From positions 248,001 through 312,000 of the forward strand of contig CAJNYD010000062.1 in the NCBI GenBank assembly GCA_905331295.1: a DNA stretch of 64,000 nucleotides, given 5' to 3'. Positions 53,701 to 64,000 of the stretch are shown here, in pieces; the stretch's first letter is position 1, and the number at the start of each line of letters is the position of its first letter. The translations under genes were made by a program, and so were the position numbers. Below the pieces are notes generated by a model, which saw only the letters and a program-made list of their open reading frames with translations, did not search any database and had not been told where the DNA came from. The DNA is from Rotaria socialis (taxonomy: Eukaryota).

Positions 53701-56700
53701 AAGCGAACAATTCATACCAGCCGAACGAACAATACCGGCTTCTGTGGAACATGAACGCCCATCAAGAACTTCATCTCAACAGCAACCACGAACTTATCAT
53801 TATCCAAATCAACAGGCTGTTAAATTAGCTTGGCTACCACTTTCGTATCCAGCAGAACAAGCAATGCCAGGTGGTGCTACTGGTTATGATACAGATTCAA
53901 CAATTAGTGAACGTTCAACTACACAGCGTCCTTATGAATATGGACCAACGGATAGCCAATATCGTTACACTAATCGACCATATTATAATGATCATTATTA
54001 TAATCGATCACCGGGTCCATCTTATTATCGAAATCCACCAACAGTTCATTACGGTGGCCGCGGTGTATCACCTGAATATGGTGGCTTATCTCGTAACTAT
54101 ATTGAAGTATTTCGTGGTGGTGATTTTCGTGAATCAAAACCAAGCGAAATCTATTCTTTACCATTGAGTGAACAAATGCGAACATCACCAAATTTTCCGT
54201 CAAGTAGTCGTTACTCACGTTATGATCAATATCAATCAGAAAGGTATGGTACCATGTTAAATCGTAATAATATTGCATCAACACAACCAGCTTATTATTC
54301 GAATTCATTGCCTAAATCACATTATCAAAATCACATTCCACCATCAACTGTACATGCATCAACTTATTATACGCACCGTAGTCCATTTCAACATCGTACA
54401 GTTCAAAGTAGTCCTAATCCAGAATGTAAAAATTTTATTCGTCATTCAAAATCATTTGATTATCGTCCATTACGTACGAAACTACAACGCGAATATAAAA
54501 TAACGTCTAATTTACTTGTTGATGAATGGGACTATCCACAAACATCCCAAAATAATAAATATTCGGCAGCAACGTCAGCTACGAATCAAAGCGGTGTTTC
54601 ATCACCAGATGATGTTTTTATTAGTAATCGAACGAATAAGGCATAGCCTTGAAACCATAAAGAAGAAGGGTTAATTGAGCGATTCAAAAAAAAACTATAT
54701 TCAATTAGGCAACTTTCTTCCCATTCTTTTTTTTTATACATGACTATTTTCGTTTTTTTTCTCGACATTTTTTATTCTAGATTAATCGATCGTTACTGAT
54801 TATTTTTTAACAGAGTAGAGATGCACTTGTCTTTTCGTAATAGTTATACAAAATATTTCTTTTTATATTATGCCCTGAGATATATATATATATACATATA
54901 TCGAGTAAACTTGAAAAACGACCACTTCAAAGCGACTGTCTCATTAAAATAGTTATACATCTTTGATAGAATGATAGTAGTAGCAAAGCATATAGGTTAT
55001 ACATTACATATTACGTCGCTATCGATAAAAAAAATGCTTATGCAATATATCACTTGTCGCAATTCATATCGAAATAGTTGCTAGCTAATACTTAATGTTC
55101 AAGTGGATGAATATGCTTATACTGGATATATGAATAAATAGGTTTCTTGAAATATTATATAATCATGCATTCAATGAGTAAAAAAAAGATTCAGCGAAAT
55201 CGATTAGAAGAAAAAACACGATTATTATTTTCTACAGACGCATATTTGTTTTTCTAATATCTATAAAAATGTATTTATACAATGAATTCCCGTTAGAATT
55301 AATTTGAAACACCTTTGCGGAAAATTAAAATTTTTCATGATTGAAGTTACTCACTCGACTCCATCTCAACGTGCTAGGATAGATGAGCACTTGTATAGGT
55401 GCGAAATATCGTATTTAGAAATAAAAATAGAAATCAATATTTGTAATATTTTTATCTAACAGCATTTCAATTATATGCCAGTAAGATAACGATAACTAAG
55501 AATCTAGGATGATGTTTCATTGAGTCATCCTTTGCCTGGAATAAAAAAATCTTTTAAAATCTACTATTAAAACATTGTCATATTCTAATAATGATCGATT
55601 GCATGAGTTTGGTTTTGTTTTGAATCTATTTAACTAAAGTAATCCACGATATATTTAGCAAGAGTAATGATGCGTTACTTACGAATATTATTTTCTATAT
55701 CATTTAACATGAATGCTAGATTCATCATTGACCAATCATTACATTGTATGATGTAGAAATAATTTATTCTATAGAGAAGTCAAACGAAGTCGTTGAACAA
55801 TCTGGTCAAGATCTCTTGGAATTGAATCGACAAAAACTTCAATTGTAAGTTGATATTGATATTTTTTATTTATTTTATTGTATCATATGTTGTTTCATAT
55901 TTAAGTCGAACAAATGATTCGCAACCAATTTATAAAGCACTTGCTTTACATAACTTTTATGCTGAAACAAACAAGTATGATGAATAAGTTTTCGAAACAA
56001 TCTTTAATTTATTCATTTTCTTTCTCAAAAAGAGAATTGCCTTTTAAAAAAGGCGATACGATGCTTGTAAAACGTCGTATCAATGATAATTGGCTTGAAG
56101 GTGAAAATCAAGGTTTAACAGGTATATTTCCTCTCAATCATGTTCAACTATTTCCATGTGAAGCGATTGGACAACCAAGTGCCAAAGAAATAGAACAACA
56201 TATTGAAGGTGAACCTATTGTTAAAAATGATTTTATACCAGTAAAAAGTTATGAATTACAATTAAAAAAAGTTTGTTATACAATTTGATCAAAATGTCTC
56301 TTCATAAGTTTCTTTCTTTCTTCTTAACAATAGGGTGATAAAGTCATTTTATTACGAAAATTTGATAATAACTGGTATGAAGGACGTATTAATCATAGTG
56401 AAGATATTTTTCCTGTTGAGTATGTCGAAACAGTAAAAGAATCCAAGGGTATGAATTGTATTCTAATGTAATTTGTATTGATTTCATCGAATTAAAACTT
56501 TAGATACGCCATTAAAGCAATCCTATCAAGATGAACATATAAAAAATGCCACTAAAATGCCAAAAAGTGTACTAAAAAATTCGATTCAATTACAATCAAC
56601 AGAAAAAGAAAAAGATAAAGATAAAGATAATATTGTTCCTGAATCATCTTTACCTTTACAAACGTAGGTCGAAAATATACGCATATCTGTCTTTTCAATT

Positions 56701-56912
56701 ATAATTCGTTATCTATTTTTAGATGCCAAGTACTGTATGATTATAAACCAAAAAATCCAGATGAACTTGAAATTCATGTTGGCGATATAATTAGTATTGT
56801 TGAAATATGTGACGATGGATGGTATTGCGGAATAATAGAAAAATCCAAACATGGAAATACCATGAATTTTGGAACTTTCCCAGGCAATTATGTCCAAATT
56901 TTACCGAATTAA
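44796..56912 (+). CDS. Sorbin and SH3 domain protein (CAP/ponsin/vinexin/ArgBP2 family)
   Basis: SoHo-like NWYKEMYCKIHK (about 47480) and YKRILCGGEIP motif. A phase-1 intron (48955-55774) leads to three C-terminal SH3 domains ending FGTFPGNYVQILPN*. The 5' exons are less certain. Confidence 0.75.
51425..54646 (+). CDS. Intronless 1073-aa low-complexity, largely disordered protein nested in the SORBS intron
   Basis: A 3.2-kb uninterrupted ORF in roughly 70% AT DNA. It has Thr runs, Lys-rich tracts and a Tyr/Pro/Ser-rich C-terminus. No domain recognised. Confidence 0.85.
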   Translation: MAEDKTTNNIENETPDSNVNELIRIVHSHLTPIASIYSPINSTSSATRTYTPPLMGTSARAAKRRVDSDSGPIRIEGTDTYNQQLQHHYQNVRQILEDQQQNQDELHSSNVDMPPESRQSFSAKRDFFEQRFKTPPPTYDSPPRQQQAQKIVTTITTTTTTAAATPTGPTYNVQDRTSSSSNESPSVDRVLEQAVELQKMSNINAIKNESQAPLIIERTEEYQVFLDSSNHEVRRTPSTSRTSIVQLTKTGHATDLDQAQAQVESLTDDHQAIQHLTRVLQEHNVSTINEYKRSPSQTNQNPIALSLLSSPNILVDRPNLPITSDYTVIDALVNNPLGTMNDNYNNMLNKRCNEIMTNLRNPEYLNTLKQTTTTTTTTAAIAKDSKKKSKEKKPKEKKLKEQNSRENEKESKRKTSLTDDNIERATVRSHITTAEVLQAKTVEPMTAATLSEQVPLIDPKEKKKQDKEKKKALKVKSKSKSKSENYQAIDAIISSPISIRLPDSYLTKYNVSPPLSLSLPLQSIPSTEISNPIINKNTTTTATLSKDNTNTNVQDKNQTLFHLIQIVGAIQLHGAPGIKDSLHRVPTKTSIATDSKESIIAPKQSAFVLNEVIHEQALLEQQRPIVTSNPTVPSLHGVVRRQSLLEQQRPITSPNEAETNLQSEPIKPRIIYRYMDEQGRILKISSVPPSELREQPAQQYTYHNIEPPYLYGRHIAVNDDRRHPLPQYEQHATWHGEPKLPTTVTREDFELRDRRVPQLSEQFIPAERTIPASVEHERPSRTSSQQQPRTYHYPNQQAVKLAWLPLSYPAEQAMPGGATGYDTDSTISERSTTQRPYEYGPTDSQYRYTNRPYYNDHYYNRSPGPSYYRNPPTVHYGGRGVSPEYGGLSRNYIEVFRGGDFRESKPSEIYSLPLSEQMRTSPNFPSSSRYSRYDQYQSERYGTMLNRNNIASTQPAYYSNSLPKSHYQNHIPPSTVHASTYYTHRSPFQHRTVQSSPNPECKNFIRHSKSFDYRPLRTKLQREYKITSNLLVDEWDYPQTSQNNKYSAATSATNQSGVSSPDDVFISNRTNKA

Positions 56913-59098
56913 AAATAAATAATCCTGCAATGGAAATCGATTTTTAATAGTGATCTTCAAAGTGCGAAGTTTTTTAATTTTTTTCTGCATTGAAAGCAAT
57001 ATTTCTTCTCACTTATTGTATACCCCTACTCTATATATTTACATCTACTGGTAAAAAACAGAAGACTATGCTACTTTAAAATGTCTTACAGTATAAACTG
57101 AACATAAAAATTCTTAATGATAAACAAACAAAAAAAGCAAACTAATGCTATTGATCTTATGTATATGTTAAGATATATCGTTTAGAAACAATCTTACTAA
57201 GAAGATATTAATCAGAATGAATGCAAATCAGCATTTTCTATATTTATTAGTTTTCTAATTTTTGATAGAAACAAAAAGTGCTTGTTATCTAAGATAATTG
57301 CATGTTTCATGATTGCTTGGATCAAACTCTTCGACTGTGACAACATACTAGAGCTCTACCATCAATTTATACAGGCATATGTATTTGCAGAAATAATGCA
57401 TTGATGAAGATGATTGGACTAAGAGAATACTTTATAACATACTTTTAGCGAAGATGAAGAGCAAAATGTCTCTGACGCAACATCTGACTGCTGTAACGTT
57501 ATCTTTTTACAATATTTCCAAAGTTCCATTTAGCTTTTTAATAAAAAAAAGTTCAGTTCTTTTGTAAAAGAAATTGTGAGAAAAGCATCATCAAATGATC
57601 AGGTTACTTTGTGTCAAAGTATAAAGATCTCGGGCTTTCTCTTTTAGTATTCTTTTTCGAGATATGTTTACAAGAGCCAAGCTAATCTACAAGTTCCCTG
57701 TCTAGTTCTAATGCTGATAGATCATAGCTCCTAGTTAAATTCATTACCAAAATTGAAGGTGAAAGTTGAATAGTGCTGTCTGAAACTTCCCTAATGTTTT
57801 AATGAAGTCCGATCGTGTACCAACACTAAATTTATACTAGTCATTTCATTTATACACTTCACTTATAACTTTTATGTAATACTCAGTGTTTACAAAAACA
57901 TGCAAAACATTTTGCTTGATTCTCTTTAAATAATAGAAATTTTAATTCATTCGAAAGAAGATTAAAAAGTGTTCTTTTTTTCAAGATTTGGCTTCACAAA
58001 TTATTACTTATTGTTTTGTCTGAAGAACTAGAGTCAACTATTTGAAGAAATAAATGTAGAAGAAAATATGACCATTTGCTAAGAACGAATTTTATCAGAG
58101 AGAATTTCTCGGTTTTGTAAGACATTGTTTTGCATTTTTAAAATTTGTTTTTCTCTTAGACAAAACGAAACATCTGAGTAACAACTGACCTGCATAAAGT
58201 GTCTCGTGTGCAGTTTATTAGTTGTGTTAAATTGTCAGTTATTTGTACAAGATATAAATTCAATCTTCACGTTCAGTAATTTTGATATTTTGTGAATTTT
58301 ATAGTTTTATCCGTCTCTATTCATCGGAGATACTAAAAATACAAAATGAAGAAACATAATGTTATCGTGACCGAAAAAATCATAATACTAAATAGATAAC
58401 AAAACTAATGCCATTAGCGGATAAAAACTTATTGATTCTGATATTATTCACTGCACACCCACTGTATGTCCCATAAATATACAGTCACATACGCCTATTT
58501 TGGTTTTAGTCCTAATTTCGATTTATTTCATTTTATGATAATATAAAATACAAATTACGAGCTCAGGCTATCCAATGACAATTTATTAAACTAAACTAAT
58601 GAAAAATTATTTAATAACTGGGTTTGTTCCTATTTCTTTTCTTAAAATAGGTTTAAATTAAAACATGATGATCATTCATTATGTGTCAACGATGAAACTA
58701 CAAAGTAACACAATCATTGACAATGGATAACAAAACAAAAAATGCTTTTAACTACTTTACAAAGAAGAAAAAGAATCTTGTCGAGAATTCAGAAACGGAC
58801 AAAAATGCACACAAAAGCTGTGAATAGCATATCAACAAAGCAAATATGCAAAATGTATTTAAATACACACTCTGATGAATAAATTAATGACTTAGATAAC
58901 GTATTAAAGCGATTAAACACATGTTTTTGCTCGAAGTTTTTTTTATTTGCTAAAGAAACGTTTTATTAATTGTAAGTTTTATTAAGCCTACTAACAGTCA
59001 TACAGAGAGTTTATCTTTCATTTATTGAAGTTTGATCGATTGTTTGGAGCAAAGAAATAACGATTTCTTAGCCAATTCAAAAACCAATAAGGACTACA

Positions 59099-60183
59099 AT
59101 GAAAAATCCGTTGTCTGGTAAGAATATTTCAGTTTTTTGTTTTTAATCAAAAAATTAATTTACAGTAACATTTATGTTATAGGTGCTAGTCCATTGCCAG
59201 GTCTTAGTCCAGTGGACAGTAGTTCGCCAATACAATCAGTTTTTCAAACAATTCAATCTGTTTTACCTAATAATTTGTCAACATCCCTAACAGAAAAACG
59301 TCAATCAAAAAAACGTGTTCGCTTTGCATTAAAACTAGAAACAGTACAAGAAGATCCATCATTATTCAATAATGGTAAATCTCTTATTGGTACAACAAAA
59401 ACCAACAAACGAATCATTGATCCATGGCGAGACGGAGGACCATTATACGGAGCTTACGTTGAATACTTAGACAAGCAAGGTGCTTTAACATCCAATCTAC
59501 CAGAAACACATCGGCCTACACGACCATCGCCGTCACCATTATCACTAAATAAATCTGACGTTGAATCATCAACGCACACAAACACAATACTCGGTCGAAA
59601 TAAATCACCTGAAATTCTCACGGAATCAGTCGAGTCTGGTATGCCACCACTTGGTTTACCACACATTCTTAATCGAACAACAGCGACAAAAAAGAATAAA
59701 AATATTAATAATAATAATAATAATAATAACAATAGTAACAATAGACGACCATCGTTGCCTGCTTTCGATCCTAGTTTAAAACAACGAGTACAATCGATAA
59801 GTCCATCGCATAATATTCAATCGAAAAAAATCTCTGGCTCTCTTAATAATAAAAAGCAGCCACCCTCAATACATCCAACTGTAAAACGAGCTGATGTTAC
59901 TTTGCCATCGATTAAGGATAACAAATTCAACGAAAAATTAATTCGAACAGATTATTCTGGCGGCACAAAAGTTGTTAATGAATATTGTCAATCACAGAAA
60001 CTTACTGAAATTATTTCCAATTCATTGTCGAATACAAACAATCAAATATATAATTTATCTGAACATTCTGTTCCACCTAATTTTCCAAAAACACCTAGAA
60101 GTCCGTGTCAGAATTATATAAATAATGAATCTTATTATTCACAAAAAAATAATCATGATCTTCTGCAACCGATTATTCATTGA
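59099..60183 (+). CDS. Uncharacterised disordered Ser/Pro/Asn-rich protein with a KKRVRF (RVxF) motif
   Basis: ATG 59099 gives MKNPLSG, then a phase-1 intron (59118-59182) into a long exon ending DLLQPIIH*. Includes a poly-Asn (AAT)n tract. The true start may lie further upstream. Confidence 0.7.
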
Positions 60184-63100
60184 ATTCTTGGATTGTAGAT
60201 AAAATAAAGAAAGATTATATATTCCTTCAAATTGATGTATCGTTTATCCTGACAATGACTTTCAAAGTTAAATTGTACAGAATTTTATTTAAAAAAATAA
60301 TTTTAGCACCTATACCAGCGACTATTTTGTTCATTGACATTGCCATTTTGATTTGAATGATTTTATTTTTCTGTATAAAAAGAGAATAACGTAGCTACTG
60401 TTGTCTGATAGACATCGTAGTTTTATCTATTTAATACAAATCATTAAATGAAATATTTGTGAAATTTTACAGGTACATATTTTTCGCAGAAGAATTTTCA
60501 ATGTTTTCATGAGACGAAAATAATTTGATTTTAATCATCGATTATTTTCACCACTTGTGATGAGTGAAGACATGTAAAATATAATAAAAGCTGTGTCGCA
60601 GAAAAGCCAAAGCCAATAACTATCGTAAAAAAATAGTGAAGTCTAGCAAGTATCGTATTTACACGTCTATAATTTAATATTATTCTATTGAAGTTCTTTT
60701 TGATCGATTCGATGTATATAACCAAGAGTAACATTAATATTGAATATGTTCGCGAACGCTACATCTTCAAAAGATTTCGATAAATCAATATTCTTAGTTA
60801 TTTCATTTAGTTATTCGTAAAAGAAGAAATTGACTTAATTCATACTTCGAAAAGCTTCATAAGAATAATATGATCAATAGATTCAAATAATTGAACAGCT
60901 AATGTGCCAATAGAGAATGAATCGACGAAACATATTTTTCCTCGAGTTTTCTATAATTTCTTATTGAACGATACTATAGATTGGTCTTGATAAGTGGGAA
61001 TTTTTTTTAATTATTTTTAGCCATTTTTCAGATAGACAATTGCTCTTTTAAACACATTACGACTGATGTAATAAAGTAGGGTACTTTGAAGACCAACTGT
61101 CAGTAAATGTCAATGTTGGTCAAATTTATTGATTTTGTGATTTATGGCTAGCTAAAAAGCAGGAAAAAATCTGCTCAATGGATTTAGGAATGAAATTGCA
61201 GTTATGCCGCATTGTTTTTTTTTGAAATGCTTATGCTGAGACGAATAACATTTTTCTTCTGAAACTTTATTTTTTTAAAGCATGTTTTGCCCTTCTGGAC
61301 TTTTTAGTAGTCATCGATATGATAAATAAATACAACAATTCAATATGAAAAACCATAAAATAGATTGAAGATATTCGTTAATTAAAGATTGACATCTATG
61401 TTAAATGTGTTTATTCCTTGCATAAAAAGCTACAGTTCGTGTCGAAATGAAAACAAAAATTAGCTCTACTCCATAATAAAATTTAGTCATTTTAGTTTTT
61501 ACTCTTACTGTTGATATTTAAAACAAACTATTCTTTGTTTACATGATTATCCTCACTTTTCAGACTTTTATCAAAGAAACTTTTGTGAGATTAATCAACA
61601 AAGGGACAATGAAGAACCTATGTACTATTAACGTGCAAAACTATATCTTGATTCTATCTTAAATCCAATTTGACGTTTTTTAAGATTTGAAGTAGACAGA
61701 ATAAGCTCAGGAAGCACGGGCACGCGCCTTTTCATTCAAGATTGCGATGTAATGCTCCATAGACTTTATATAGACCTAAAGTTTTTTATTATAATCTGTC
61801 GAACTAAAGGTACACCTAATCGAAAACTTTCATCAAGATTATAGCTTTAAAAAAGTGAGGGTATTGTTACTGACATCTTTTTTAAACATATCACAAACTC
61901 TACTGTAACAAAACAATCAGTGAACGCAAGCAATGACATGTTACCGTACACTATATTAGCTTTCTATTTGATATCTATAGTCCAGTTCATTTGATAATTT
62001 AACTTTAGACTCACATGAATCTAACGAAAAGAAACTAAGTGTTTTGTTGATATAATGTTGAAAACGATGTCAACACATTCGTAAGTTTTAAAAAATGTTG
62101 CTGATCATGTTTCTAACTGTAAATCACATGTGGTTTAAGTATATTGAAATATTCTTATCTGGATTTAATCGATTGACGCAAATTACTATAGGCATAGTAT
62201 ATAGAAGCAACAAAGACAATGAGAGAAGAAAAAGAACAATTACTGGTAGTCTATGACTGAAATTTGAAAAGGAAATTAATTGTTCAAAAAGGAATATCTT
62301 ACTTTCAAAATGGTAACTGTATAATATCTGTTAGATACACATAAATAGGATTAAATGAAAATATGTTCCTTCTTTGTCAAATATAGAATCCTATTTATAA
62401 ATGCAACACTGATATCAACCAATAACAGAGTTTTGTTTGACATTGTTCCACTGAAAAGTGTTCAAATTTATGAATACATGATATTTTACTTGGTCGTTTT
62501 AATAGTGTTCTTTCGACGCTTGCACGAAAAAAATATTACAGCGAAGGACACATTCTTTCAACTTCATTGACGAATGGATTAGAATAATACGACAAGAGAA
62601 TATTACTATTTGATAAAAAGAATATGATCAAGTTCGATCTATTCAACTCAAATGAAGTGTTTTTCTTATTTACTTTCAGTTTCCTCGTATATTGAATAAA
62701 ATAAACATGTAATGTTGTTTATTATAGAAGACAAGAGTTTTTTTTCTCATTATAGACATTGCTTCTAATAGAAACTCAACAGCTACAGTTGATAACAGCA
62801 AATTAAATGTTTTCTTTTTTTCATCTTCTTTTTAAGTTTAGTGAACATTCTATTTTTTTCATCATATAAAACATTCATTTATGCAAGTGTTCCTATTTTA
62901 CTCCAGCTTGTCATTTGCATCGAGCTGTAATAATCAGACACTTAAACTTTAAAGAAAAAAGAGGTTTCTCATCTGATGATTTCTTTTTATATGCTTAATT
63001 GCTTCAAATTTTTCGCATGTACACTGAAAGAGTACTTATAGTTGTGTTTTACAGTTGATGCTTTCTTTTAAGAATAGACAGTTTTTTTTCTTTTGTTCGG

Positions 63101-64000
63101 ATATACCAATAATCTGATGAAGTTAAATCGATTATTCTTCGAATATTTGCTTAATCTTGCGATAACAAAAGTCCTTTTTTTTTCTTCAAGTTTGATAAGA
63201 GATCGAAAATCGATTCAAACTTTCTTTATTTGTCCGATACATTGTGTAGGGCTGTGTAATGAAATCGTCAATTCTTCATTTACTTTTTCTTCTTTCGTTC
63301 TTGTGTTCTTTTTCTAGCTTTAATTTAAAAAGAAAACGTTTGGTATACGACAGCAGGCAACTAGTTGGAACATTCAGAAAAAGAAGAAAAAGAAAATACT
63401 CCAGAAAAGTAAATTGCAGTAATCAGGAAAGTTTTTACAGTAACTCTATGAAAGAAAAAACTAGATGAAGCACATGTTTCTTTCAAGTGTTTCATTTCCG
63501 TTGACAGACATTTTTCCTAGTCTGTACATATAATTCTTCATGCTGATTACTGATCTAGCCAACTTTGAAATTATAATCCTCAATATTTATTTGATTTTTC
63601 GATACGTATCATAAGACGATAATTGTCTGCGCTTTTCCTCTTACTTACGAAAGAATAATAGGCGATAGGTGTTTTGATACATATAATTCCCTAAGAAATA
63701 ACGCGTGTTGTAATTAAATTTTTCTTTTCTTTATGTTTCTTTTTTCACTAGCTAATTTTCCTTCTACATGAAATACTGAGAAAAAGCGTTCCAGTCAAAT
63801 GAACCGCGCATATGTAATAAGTTAAATTTTTATTTTTAATTTGAGATCTATGCAGCTTTTTTTGTGGATATAATTTTTAGTTGTTATGTAAACTTCTAGT
63901 AGACAAGCGAGTTTTTCTTTCAAGCAATGGTATGTATCGATTAGAAAATAACACTATACTGATCAATATACATTAGAGTATGTCACATCCGAAATCAAGG

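Noticed and set aside
60200..64000. Short ORFs in the final 3.8 kb
   Set aside because: Compositionally random; no spliceable gene or repeat structure recognised.

Overview
AT-rich eukaryotic (metazoan) genomic DNA with many short GT-AG introns (about 45-90 nt) and compact gene spacing. This style suggests a bdelloid rotifer, which is an inference only. Genes reconstructed by hand splicing, in order: golgin GM130/GOLGA2-like; InaF-motif protein; CDP-alcohol phosphatidyltransferase; myophilin/transgelin-like; FUSC/ArAE-type transporter (possible horizontal acquisition); a DRAK/STK17-like kinase pseudogene with two Trp-to-stop changes; a tandem pair of small proteins resembling a stand-alone KCTD1/15 C-terminal (GFRP-like) domain with no BTB; PPP1R16/MYPT3-like; a calmodulin-like gene head-to-head with NMDA receptor GluN1; a SoHo+3xSH3 (CAP/vinexin) gene whose 6.8-kb intron holds an intronless 1073-aa same-strand ORF; and a disordered RVxF protein. 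There are two MITE-like foldback elements. No tRNA, rRNA or CRISPR was recognised. The most novel-looking signal is the BTB-less KCTD-CTD/GFRP-like gene pair at 26.8-27.8 kb. All family assignments come from recalled motifs, not database searches.
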